Shown: positions 1 to 8,998 of the stretch, in pieces
How positions within the stretch are numbered: position 1 is the first letter of the stretch
How the letters are laid out: each line of letters starts with the position of its first letter
Source: an uncultured Acidimicrobiia bacterium
GTDB taxonomy: Bacteria; Actinomycetota; Acidimicrobiia; Acidimicrobiales; AC-14
NCBI GenBank assembly: GCA_963836205.1
Contig: CAWIIV010000006.1
Location: 192,001-256,000 of the forward strand
Direction: 5' to 3'
DNA: 64,000 bases
Position numbers and translations under genes: made by a program
Notes under the pieces: model-generated
What the model was told of the DNA's origin: nothing
What the model saw: the letters and a program-made list of their open reading frames with translations, nothing else
The model's database searches: none

Positions 1-259
1 ATACGGGCACCCGCTGTGCCATCCGCACCTGCTGGCGCAAGAACTGGCCGGGGGAAGGTCGAACGTGCAGTGTCGGTTCTACACCGGCCGCCCCGACCCC
101 AACGAAGATCCCGCCAGAGCCCGCAGCCTTGATCGCCGTCTCAGTGCGATGAGGTCCGTCGGCGTTACGGTGGTCACTAGGCCGCTCCGATACCACTGGG
201 ACTGGAGCTACAGAGGACAAGGAGTACCCCGGGCATCGGCACGCGCATCGCCAAAGCAG
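1..259 (+). pseudogene. NYN (PIN-like, LabA/DUF88) domain RNase, 5' part (start outside window), interrupted by IS256
   Basis: Frame reads YGHPLCHPHLLAQELAG...VQCRFYTGRPDP...GVTVVTRPLRY. Removing the IS restores the frame ...ASPKQ|VTLTPWQRPHEKGID. Confidence 0.8.
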
Positions 260-1690
260 GGGTCACGTCCACGGACGTGGTGTATGACCACCACCACGTC
301 AACCTCGGGGACTTGTTTACCCCACCTTGGCCAGGTCGGTGTCGTTGGTCGTGTCATCGAGCCCTCCGTCGATGACGATCATTCGGGCCTTGGCCAGCAG
401 CTCGGGGGACATGTAGCGCCGGGCGACGGCCCACTCGTCGTTCTGCTCGGCCAGCACTGCCCCCACGAGGCGGATCACGGCGGCCCGGTTGGGGAAGATG
501 CCGACCACGTCGGTGCGCCGGCGCAGCTCCTTGTTGAGCCGCTCCTGGGGGTTGTTGGACCAGATCTGGCGCCAGTGCTCCTTGGGGAAGGTGGTGAAGG
601 CCAACAGGTCCGCCCGGGCGTCGATGAGCATCCCGGCGGCCTCGGGGTACTTGGCCACCAGCTGTTCCACCACCCGGGCGTGCTGAGCGACGACCTGGGT
701 GGCATCGGGCTGCTCGAAGATGGTGCGCACCCCCGTGGCCACCATGGTCTGGGCCGAGCGGGGCACCTTGGAGAGCAGGTTGCGCACGAAGTGGGTCCGG
801 CAGCGCTGCCAGGTGGCGCCCGGCAGCACCCCCGCGATGGCGGCCTTGAGGCCCTCGTGGGCGTCGGAGACGACGAGGCACACCCCCGACAGGCCCCGGG
901 CCACCAGTCCCCGCAGGAACGTCGTCCAGCCTGCTCCCGTCTCGGTGGTGAACACGTCCATGCCCAGGATCTCCCGGTGCCCGTCGGCGTTGACGCCGCA
1001 GGCCACGGCGCAGGCGATGTTGACGATGCGGCCCTCCTCCCGCACCTTCTGGGTCAGCGCGTCGATGGCCACGTAGGCGTAGGGCCCGGCGTCGAGGGGC
1101 CGGGAGCGGAAGGCGTCGACGGCGGCGTCGAGGCTGCGGGCCATCTCCGAGACCTGGGACTTGGAGATCCCGTCGATGCCCATGGACTGCACCAGGGCGT
1201 CCACCCGCCGGGTCGACACGCCGGCCACGTAGGCCTCGGCCACCACCGCCACCAGGGCCTCTCCGCCCGCCGGCGGGGCTCGAGCAGCCAGTCGGGGAAG
1301 TAGCTGCCCGAGCGCAGCTTGGGCACGGCCAACTCGATGGTGCCGGCCCGGGTGTCGAAGCCACGGCCGCGGTAGCCGTTGCGGGAGTTCACCCGCTCCG
1401 GGCTGCGCTCGCCCCAGGCCGCGCCGCAGGCGTTGTCGGCCTCGGCCGACATGAGCTGCTCGGCGAAGACCTTGACCATGTCGCGGATGACGTCGTTGCC
1501 GCCCTCGCCGTCGATGTGCTTGCGCAGCCAGGCGAGTGCGCTAAAGGTGTCAGGGACCACCGTGTTCCTCCTCAGTTGGTTGCTTGGTCTCTTCCTTCTG
1601 AGGTTGACGCGGTGGTCGTCGCGTCGGGGGGATGGTCAGGCCGTCAGGCCCTCAGCGCCGACTCGTACACCACGTCTGTGGACGCAACTC
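260..1690 (-). mobile_element. IS256-family insertion sequence
   Basis: Terminal IRs GGGTCACGTCCACGGACGTGGTGTATGA and (rc) GAGTTGCGTCCACAGACGTGGTGTACGA. Flanking direct repeat AAAGCAG at 253-259 and 1691-1697. Confidence 0.92.
317..1560 (-). CDS. IS256-family transposase (one frameshift near 1258)
   Basis: Motifs NSRNGYR, TRAGTIELAVPKLRSGSYFP, AYVAGVSTRRV, SDAHEGL, WQRCRTH, IWSNNPQERLNKELRRRTDVVGIFPN. Confidence 0.93.
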
Positions 1691-2057
1691 AAAGCAGGTG
1701 ACGCTTACCCCTTGGCAACGCCCTCACGAGAAGGGCATCGATCTGGTACTCGGGCTCGATGTTGTCGAGTTCGTTCTGACTGGCGTATGCAACGTGGCCA
1801 TCATCGTGAGCCTCGATCGCGATCTCTTCGAGATTCCGCTGGCACTTCAGAACCTCGGGAACCTGGTCCCCAAACCCGTTCGCCTTGAAGCGGCCGTCCC
1901 GGTTCCCGAGGGCCAGAAATGGCCCAAGGTGCTACCCCGGTTCTCCTACACGCACCAGATCACGCGATCGATGTTCGAGAAGGTCAGGGACGACACGAGC
2001 TACACCGTCCCGGAGCACCTCTGGACTCCCCCGACCTTGCCGCTACACCTGCCGTAG
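1691..2057 (+). pseudogene. NYN domain RNase, 3' part
   Basis: EKGIDLVLGLD and AIIVSLDRDL match the NYN acidic motifs EKxxD and SxDxD. Confidence 0.8.
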
Positions 2058-2080
2058 ATCGCCCGGCAGCGACGGGCCTA

Positions 2081-2179
2081 AGAAAAAATCGGGAGGCCCG
2101 CCATGCGAGCCTCCCGATCGTACACAGGCGTTCGGGGCCGATTCTTCGTCTCCGAGCGACCGTCGCTTCTTAGCAAGGT
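2081..2179 (-). ncRNA. Candidate ~100-nt sRNA whose 5' end is antisense to the adjacent tRNA anticodon arm
   Basis: -10 TAGACT (2192-2187) lies 7 nt before ACCTTGCTAAGAAGC. Internal hairpin AGCGA-CGG-TCGCT. Ends in an intrinsic terminator. Confidence 0.55.
2083..2118 (-). terminator. Intrinsic terminator
   Basis: ATCGGGAGGC...GCCTCCCGAT stem followed by a T-tract on the minus strand. Confidence 0.8.
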
Positions 2180-2205
2180 GGGACTAAGTCTAGCGTCAGC
2201 GGTGT

Positions 2206-2233
2206 CAAGTGTGTCGCCTTTGGCGACAACTTG
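2206..2233. other. Hairpin/inverted repeat between the tRNA-like gene and the sRNA
   Basis: CAAGT-G-TGTCGCC-TTT-GGCGACA-ACTTG. Confidence 0.65.
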
Positions 2234-2238
2234 GTTCG

Positions 2239-2310
2239 AGGCCGGGATGGGATTCGAACCCACGTGCGCCTCCTTGCTAAGAAGCTACCTAGCCACTCGG
2301 TCACCCGGCC
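2239..2310 (-). tRNA. Atypical tRNA: Cys-like body, U73, 8-nt anticodon loop UUAGCAAG, no encoded CCA
   Basis: GGCCGGG TG ACCG AGTGGCT AGGT A GCTTC TTAGCAAG GAGGC GCAC GTGGG TTCGAAT CCCAT CCCGGCC T. Perfect 7-bp acceptor stem and canonical T-loop. Confidence 0.85.
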
Positions 2311-2321
2311 TTCCGGCGGAC

Positions 2322-2330
2322 AGGGTACCA
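2322..2330 (-). promoter_or_regulatory. Extended -10 promoter for the tRNA-like gene
   Basis: TG-G-TACCCT, 11 nt upstream of the tRNA 5' end. Confidence 0.6.
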
Positions 2331-2640
2331 CCGCTCTCTCTCTGGAAGAACAGCCGTGTAATTCCGGGCGCCACGACCGCCGAGATCCTGTCGGTATGAG
2401 CAGCTCGACGGCGGGCTCGCTGCTGTCGTAGGTCGTGGATACCCTCAGCCCCAACTATCGGCCAGGCGAAGAGAAGCCTTGACCTGGCACGTGTCGAGCT
2501 GCGGGGCTCGGGACGATGGAGGGCGAGATACCGGGACCCGGACGGCCGCGAGCGACCGAGGACCTTCGATCAAAAGGCGGATGCCGAGAGATTCCTGACC
2601 GGTCTGGCCTGACTCCGAGGACCTCACGAGGCGCTCAATC

Positions 2641-4098
2641 GAGGTTGTCCCGGTCGTCGTAGAAGTTTGAGGTGGCGGTCCCCCGCCTGAGACCTGCCGG
2701 ATGGTAGGTGTCGGGCGACCGCCAAGTCACTCGACCAGCAAGGGGACCGCCAGTGAAGAAGAACTATCAGACCAAGGCCGCGCACGCGGCGACCGCCGAG
2801 CTCGCCCTGCCCGACACCGTGAGCCTGGCCATGGCCGAGCTGGCCGAGACAGTGCGCGAGGGCCTTCTCGCCTTGGCCGTCGGGGCTGGGCTGCAGGTCA
2901 TGCACGTGATGATGCAGGAGAGCGTCACCGCCGCCTGCGGGCCCAAGGGCGTCCATGATCCCGATCGAACCGCCGTCCGCCACGGAACCGAGGACGGCTC
3001 GGTGACCCTCGGCGGGCGGCGGTTGCCGGTGCAGCGGCCGCGCATGCGCAGCGCGGACGGAACCGCCGAGGTGGCGGTGCCGGCCTACGACCTGTTCGCC
3101 TCCACCGAGCTGCTCGATTCGATGGCGCTGGAGCGCATGATGGCCAAGCTGTCGACTCGGCGGTACTCGGCCGGACTCGAGCCGGTCGGCACCGGGGTCG
3201 AGGCAGCAGCTCGATCGAAGTCGAAGTCGGCGGTCAGCCGGCGGTTCGTGACCGCCACCGAACGGCCCTGGCCACCATGTTGGCCGCCGACCTGTCGGGC
3301 CTCGACCTGGTGGCGCTGATGATCGACGGCGTGCACTTCGCGGACCACGTCTGCGTGGTGGCACTGGGGATCGGCATCGACGGGACGAAGCACCCGCTCG
3401 GGGTGGTGGAGGGCGACACCGAGAACGCCACCATCGTCAAGGACCTCCTCACCGGCCTTCGGGATCGGGGCCTGGACACCACCAGGCCCATCCTGTGCGT
3501 GCTCGACGGGGCAAAGGCGCTGGTGGCGGCGGTCAAGGCGGTGTTCGACCACCCGGTCGTGGCTCGTTGCCAGCTCCACAAGATCCGCAATGTCGAGTCG
3601 CGACTGCCCAAGGACATGGCGGCCACGGTGGCCCGCAAGATGCGAGCGGCCTACCACGACGCTGACGCGTTGGCCGCCGAGGCGACACTCGAAGCCCTGG
3701 CCCGGGATCTGGACAAGGGCCACCCCGGTGCCGCTGGCAGCCTGCGGGAGGGCCTGGCCGAGACGCTCACCGTCAGCCGCCTCGGGGTGCCGCCGACGCT
3801 GGCCCGAACGCTGCGCTCGACCAACGCCATCGAGTCGATGATCGAGATCTGCCGGGATCACTCGACCAACGTGAAGCGCTGGCGGGACGGGACGATGGCG
3901 CTGCGCTGGTGTGCGGCGGGCATGGTGGAGGCGGCCAAGCAGTTCCGCCGGGTGAACGGATTTCTCCACCTGCCCGCCCTCCGGACCGCCCTTGACGCTC
4001 ACGTCACGAAGGTTGTCGCACCCCCGTGCGAGGATGGGGAAGTAGCCGCCTGATCATCGGGGCCGCCACCGAAGTTCCACGGAACTCGGGACATCCTC
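2641..4098 (+). mobile_element. Second, distinct IS256-family element
   Basis: IRs GAGGTTGTCCCG and (rc) GAGGATGTCCCG. Flanks CGCTCAATC (2632-2640) and CGCTCTATC (4099-4107), a 9-bp repeat with 1 mismatch. Confidence 0.88.
2753..4053 (+). CDS. IS256-family transposase (frameshift near 3265)
   Basis: Motifs RHGTEDGSVTLGGRRLPV, LMIDGVHF, VLDGAKAL, RCQLHKIRNV, LRSTNAIES. Confidence 0.9.
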
Positions 4099-4176
4099 CG
4101 CTCTATCGACGCGGCATTCGGCCGTCTCGCGGCCTTTCCGCGGCCTGCGACGAACGCTCACCTCTAACATCGCAGG

Positions 4177-5047
4177 TCAAAGTCCGCTCTTCAAGCGATC
4201 GGATGGCCAGTTGGGCTGGAAGAGGTGCCATTGCTCAGGGGCGCGGCGGATGAGATTCTCGAGCTCGGTCGCCATGCGTTGGGTGACGTCGGACACCGTG
4301 CCCTCCAGCGATACGGCCGGGCGGATAACCACGTGGTGGCCGCGGCCGCGGAAGAAGATGGCGGTGGGGTGCAGGGGCGCCTTCATACGGCGGGCCAGCA
4401 TGGCGGGGCCGGCGGGCAAGGTGGTGCGCTCGCCAAAGAAGTCGACCTCCACTCCGCCACCGCCGATGTCACGGTCGGCGAGGAGGGCGACGATCTGGTT
4501 GGCCCGCAGCGCTCGCACCAAGGCGGTGCCGGCCCGCATACCGAGGGGCACGACCGTGAAGCCGAACGACTCCCGGAGCTTCACGAACCAATCGAACAGC
4601 TCGGGCGGCTGGAGGGCCTCGACGACCACCGTGAGCGGGAATCCCTTGCGCACGAACCACGTCCCGCCCACCTCCCATCCGCCGAGGTGGGGAATGGCCA
4701 GGACCGCCCCGCGGCCGGCGGCGAGGGCGTCCTCGAGCTGGCCCAGGCCCTCGATGGACAGGCCGGCCGAGATCCGCCCGGGATCCATGGTCGGCACCCG
4801 CAACGACTCCATCCAGTACCGCCCGTACGATCCGAACGCGCCTCGCACCGCCCGGTCGACCTGACGCGGGGTGAGGGCCCGAAATGCCGCCCGCCGCTGG
4901 TGGCGGGCGACGATCTCCCGGTTGCCGACGAAGGGCACCGCCATCGACGCCAGCCCCCGAGCGAGCGGGACCGCGATCCGCTCGGGGAGGGCGTTGGCCA
5001 CCGCCGACGCGGCCCGGAACACGTAATACGGCCGCAAGCGACGCCAC
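4177..5047 (-). CDS. patA: Phosphatidylinositol mannoside acyltransferase (lipid A lauroyltransferase-like); start uncertain
   Basis: Motifs YGRYWMESLR, PHLGGWE, LLADRD, VDFFGE, PEQWHLFQPNW. Lies downstream of pgsA. Confidence 0.85.
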
Positions 5048-5384
5048 TCCGGGACCGCCTCCTTGCCAGCCGCTGGTCCGAGGTCGTTCTCCGCGGCGCG
5101 TCCGAGTCGCCTGCCGACCGAATCGGGCCCCGAAACCGGCGAATCCGCCGCTAGGGGTGGCGACGCCTTCGCCGCAGTCGGCGCGCCGGCGGCCGCTGGT
5201 GCGTCGGCGGACGTAGCCGGTGCCGGGTCGCCGGCCGGGACGGGCCGATCGGGGGCCGGAACGACGGGTGGGTCGACCGCGGCCTCAGGCGAGTCGGTGG
5301 CGGACGGCGAGTCGGTGGCGGACGGCGAATCGGGTGCCGGGACGGGCGGGACGCCCGGGACCGGCGGGTCGGCGGGGGGCGGGT

Positions 5385-6140
5385 CTACGGTCGGCGGGGG
5401 CGGCGGGGGGCGGCGTCGGAACGCGGGCCGCCGGCGGTGCCCGTCCCCCAACGAGGACGCTCCTTGCCCCGGGTGACGGGACGGGAGCTCACGCTCGGGG
5501 TCCAGCCCCGCCAGCGCCCGGCCACGCCGGCCAGGGTGGGCTTGGGCTTCGCCGGGCCAACCGTGCCCGCCTGGCGCCACACCATCACGAAGCGGTGGCC
5601 GGCGGTGAACAACGTCAGCGCCAGCATCACCCACAGGATCGGCACCATCAGGGCGCTGAACAGCAGGCTCGCACCCAACGCGAGCATGCGCTCGGCCCGT
5701 TCCATCAGCCCGCCGCGGGCGGTGAACCCGAGCGACTCGGCCCGGGCCCGCTCGTAGGACACCAGGCTGGAGGCGGCCATGACCGCCAGCGGCAGCATGG
5801 CCGCGTGCCCGCCATCGACCGACGTGAGATACCAGGCGAACCCGCCCAGCACGACCATGTCGCTCGCCCGGTCGACGACCGAGTCGAAGAAGGCCCCCCG
5901 GGGCGACGCCGTGCCCGACGCCTTGGCCACCGCCCCGTCGAGCAGGTCGGGGACGGCGGAGGCGGCGAGCAGGAAGGCGCCCAGCCCGAGGCGCCCCTGG
6001 GCGACCGCGAAGGCGGCAGCGACGGAGATCACGAGGCCCACGGCGGTGAGCTGGTCGGCGCTCACTCCGGCGCGCTTCAACCCCGTCCCCACGGGGCGCA
6101 AGCCCCGCTCTACACCCGCGCGGCACCGCTTGTCGAACAT
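5385..6140 (-). CDS. pgsA: CDP-alcohol phosphatidyltransferase (PI/PIP synthase)
   Basis: DLLDGAVAKA...RGAFFDSVVDR motif, VSYERARAE, GLMERAER. Confidence 0.9.
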   Translation of the reverse strand: MFDKRCRAGVERGLRPVGTGLKRAGVSADQLTAVGLVISVAAAFAVAQGRLGLGAFLLAASAVPDLLDGAVAKASGTASPRGAFFDSVVDRASDMVVLGGFAWYLTSVDGGHAAMLPLAVMAASSLVSYERARAESLGFTARGGLMERAERMLALGASLLFSALMVPILWVMLALTLFTAGHRFVMVWRQAGTVGPAKPKPTLAGVAGRWRGWTPSVSSRPVTRGKERPRWGTGTAGGPRSDAAPRRPRRP

Positions 6141-6233
6141 CCGACTCCCGACGGTAGCAGCAGGTACGGTTGAATTGGTCGGAAACCCCTGGTTAACACT
6201 CCTCCGCAAGGGCGCCCAAATGAGGTCAACTCT

Positions 6234-8288
6234 GTGAAGAGCTTCTCCCCTGCCCAGATCCGAAACGTCGCCCTCGTCGGCCACGGCGGAGCGGGCAAGA
6301 CCACTCTGACCGAGGCCCTGCTGTTCTCCGCCGGCGCCATCAGCCGCCAGGGACGGGTGGAGGACGGCAACACCACCACCGACTTCGACCCGGAGGAGGT
6401 CAAGCGTGGCATCTCCCTGGCCCTCTCCCTCGCCCCCTTCGAGTTCGAGGGCCACAAGATCAACCTTCTCGACTCCCCCGGCTACGCCGACTTCGTCACC
6501 GACCTCGAGACCGCGCTCGACGTGGCCGACCTGGCCGTGATCGTGGTCAGCGGGGTGGAGGGCGTGGAGGTGCAGACCGAGGCCGCCTGGCGCCTGGCCG
6601 CCGAGCGGGGCCTGCCCCGCATGTTCTTCGTCAACAAGCTCGACCGGGAGCGGGCCAGCTTCGACCGCACCCTCGACCAGCTCCGCGACATGTTCGGGGC
6701 CGGCGTCGCCCCCCTGGAGCTGCCGATCGGCGAGGAGAGCGGGTTCCGGGGCATCGCCGACCTGCTCACCGACAGCGCCGTGTTCTACGAGGGCGGCAAG
6801 GCGGTCAAGGGCGAGATCCCCGACGACATGACCGAGCGCGAGCACGAGGTGCGCGACAACCTGGTCGAGGGCATCGTGGTGGCCGACGACGACCTCACCG
6901 AGCGCTACCTGGAGGGTGAGACCATCAGCCCCGCCGAGCTGGAGAAGGCCCTGGCCAAGGGGGTGGCCGAGGCCAGCGTGTTCCCCGTCACCTGCGGTTC
7001 CGCCACCAAGCTCATCGGGATCGACCGTTTGGCCCAGCTCATCTGCGAGGTCGGCCCGTCGCCCCTCGACCGCCCGCCGGTGACGGTGGAGGCGGGCGAC
7101 GGCACCGCCGAGGTCACCCCCGATCCGGGCAGCCAGCCCCTCGCGCTCGTCTACCGCACCATCGCCGACCCTTACGTGGGGAAGGTCTCCTTCCTCAAGG
7201 TGCTGTCGGGCACGATCCGGCCCGACGTGGTGCTCACCAATCCCCGCACCCACTCCGACGAACGCCTGCACGGGCTGTTCACCATGCGGGGCAAAGAGCA
7301 GGTGCAGGTGCAGTACCTGCCCGCCGGCGACCTGGGGGCGGTATCGAAGCTGTCCGACACCTCCACCGGCGACACCCTGGCGCCCAAGGGCACCCCCGTC
7401 ACCGTGCCGGCGCCCGAGGCCCCCGTCCCGGTGCTGTCGGTCGCCATCCTGCCCAAGTCCAAGGGGGACGAGGACAAGCTCATGACGGGCCTCCACCGCC
7501 TCCAGGACGAGGACCGGTCGCTCTTCGTCCGCCGCGACGACGAGACCCACCAGACGATCCTTTCGGGGATGGGTGAGACCCACCTGTCCATCGTCACCGA
7601 ACGACTGGCCCGCAAGTTCGGGGTGGAGGTCCAGACGGAGGACGTGAAGGTCGCCTACCGGGAGACGATCACCGGCAGCGCCGAGGCCGAGGGCAAGTAC
7701 AAGAAGCAGACGGGCGGCCACGGGCAGTTCGGGGTGGCGTTCCTCAGGGTCGAGCCCCTCGAGCGAGGCGGCGGCTTCGAGTTCGTCGACAAGATCGTGG
7801 GCGGGGCCATCCCCCGCCAGTTCATCCCCGCGGTCGAGAAGGGCGTGGCCGAGACCATGGTGACGGCCGGCGTGTTCGGCTACCCGGTGGTCGACGTGCG
7901 GGTCACCGTGTTCGACGGCAAGTTCCACCCCGTCGACTCGTCGGAGATGAGCTTCAGGATGGCGGGTTCGCTCGGGTTCAAGGAAGCCATGGCCAAGGCC
8001 GGGCCGGTGCTGCTCGAGCCCATCTCGGTGCTGGAGGTGACGGTCCCCACCCAGTACCAGGGCGACGTCATGGGCGACCTCAACTCCCGCCGGGGACGGG
8101 TGCAGGGCACCGAGGCCGTCGGCAACGGGGAGCAGACGATCACCGCCCAGGTCCCGACGTCGGAGGTCCTGCGCTACGCCATCGACCTCCGCTCGATCAC
8201 CGGCGGCCGGGGACGCTTCACCGTCGCCCACGACCACTACGACCCGCTGCCCCCCCACCTCGTCGACAAGGTCGTCAAGCCCGGGTGA
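6234..8288 (+). CDS. fusA2: Elongation factor G-like protein (EF-G II)
   Basis: GHGGAGKT, RGISL, DSPG, NKLD, GMGETHL, KKQTGGHGQF, HPVDSSE. Confidence 0.93.
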   Translation: MKSFSPAQIRNVALVGHGGAGKTTLTEALLFSAGAISRQGRVEDGNTTTDFDPEEVKRGISLALSLAPFEFEGHKINLLDSPGYADFVTDLETALDVADLAVIVVSGVEGVEVQTEAAWRLAAERGLPRMFFVNKLDRERASFDRTLDQLRDMFGAGVAPLELPIGEESGFRGIADLLTDSAVFYEGGKAVKGEIPDDMTEREHEVRDNLVEGIVVADDDLTERYLEGETISPAELEKALAKGVAEASVFPVTCGSATKLIGIDRLAQLICEVGPSPLDRPPVTVEAGDGTAEVTPDPGSQPLALVYRTIADPYVGKVSFLKVLSGTIRPDVVLTNPRTHSDERLHGLFTMRGKEQVQVQYLPAGDLGAVSKLSDTSTGDTLAPKGTPVTVPAPEAPVPVLSVAILPKSKGDEDKLMTGLHRLQDEDRSLFVRRDDETHQTILSGMGETHLSIVTERLARKFGVEVQTEDVKVAYRETITGSAEAEGKYKKQTGGHGQFGVAFLRVEPLERGGGFEFVDKIVGGAIPRQFIPAVEKGVAETMVTAGVFGYPVVDVRVTVFDGKFHPVDSSEMSFRMAGSLGFKEAMAKAGPVLLEPISVLEVTVPTQYQGDVMGDLNSRRGRVQGTEAVGNGEQTITAQVPTSEVLRYAIDLRSITGGRGRFTVAHDHYDPLPPHLVDKVVKPG

Positions 8289-8830
8289 GCGACGCCGATC
8301 CCGATTGCGAGGAGTGCGGGTTCGTCTACGGAGACCTGGCCGCAGCCGACGCCCCCGCCGCCATCCGGGCCTTCGCCCGCCGCTACCGGGCGCCCCTCAC
8401 CCGCTTCCTGCCCGGGGAGGACGGCGACGCCCTGGTCCGCCGGCGGCCGGCGCCCGAGACGTGGTCGGCGCTGGAGTACGCGGCCCACGTGCGCGACGTG
8501 TTCGGCAACTACGACCGGTGGGTGCGCCTGACGTTGGTCGAGGACCGGCCGCTGCTGGAGGGGCCCGGCCCCGACGAGCTGGCCGCCGACGGGAACTACA
8601 ACGCCGACGACCCGGCGGCGGTGGCCGACGCCCTGGCCACCAACGCCGAGCGCCTGGCCGCCACCGTCGAGGCCGTCCCCGACGACGGCTGGGACCGCGT
8701 CGGCCTCCGCCGGGACGAGGAGCGCAGCGTGCTGTTCACCGCCCGCCGGGCCGTCCACGAGGGCAACCACCACCTGCTCGACATCGGGCGGGGCCTGCGA
8801 GCGGTGCGGGAGCAGGCCAAGCAGGCCTGA
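8285..8830 (+). CDS. DinB-family protein
   Basis: CEECGF N-terminus, WSALEYAAHVRD, HEGNHHLLD. Confidence 0.85.
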   Translation: MSDADPDCEECGFVYGDLAAADAPAAIRAFARRYRAPLTRFLPGEDGDALVRRRPAPETWSALEYAAHVRDVFGNYDRWVRLTLVEDRPLLEGPGPDELAADGNYNADDPAAVADALATNAERLAATVEAVPDDGWDRVGLRRDEERSVLFTARRAVHEGNHHLLDIGRGLRAVREQAKQA

Positions 8831-8998
8831 GGCCCCGCTTCCGGCGCCGCGCTCTTGCCGGACCCTCGGGCGAGTGCCGTCGGATCACTTCGCAGTCCTG
8901 GCCCGGTGGCTGACCCATCACGACTTCGGCTGAGAGGCCGACCGGCGCCGAGGCAGGGATCGCCTGCGTAGCGTCGGCCCGGGCCGTACCGTCACGTC

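Noticed and set aside
2203-2208. TTGACA as the -35 for the sRNA promoter
   Set aside because: Only 10 nt from TAGACT, which is incompatible spacing. At 16-17 nt there is only a weak TAGTCC.
2239-2310. Ordinary tRNA-Ala(AGC) or a simple att-site remnant
   Set aside because: It lacks G3:U70, and the 7-nt register needs a G:G pair. The gene is full length with its own promoter and a matched antisense segment.
1250-3280. Programmed frameshifting in both IS256 transposases
   Set aside because: Both shifts are a missing G at GG(G)CCCTGG with no slippery heptamer, and IS256 transposases are single ORFs. Similar indels hit ilvN and other genes, so a systematic sequencing error is more likely.
8832-8960. 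Glycine riboswitch for tdh-kbl
   Set aside because: CTCTCAG and CCGAAG occur on the wrong strand and in the wrong order, and tdh looks leaderless.
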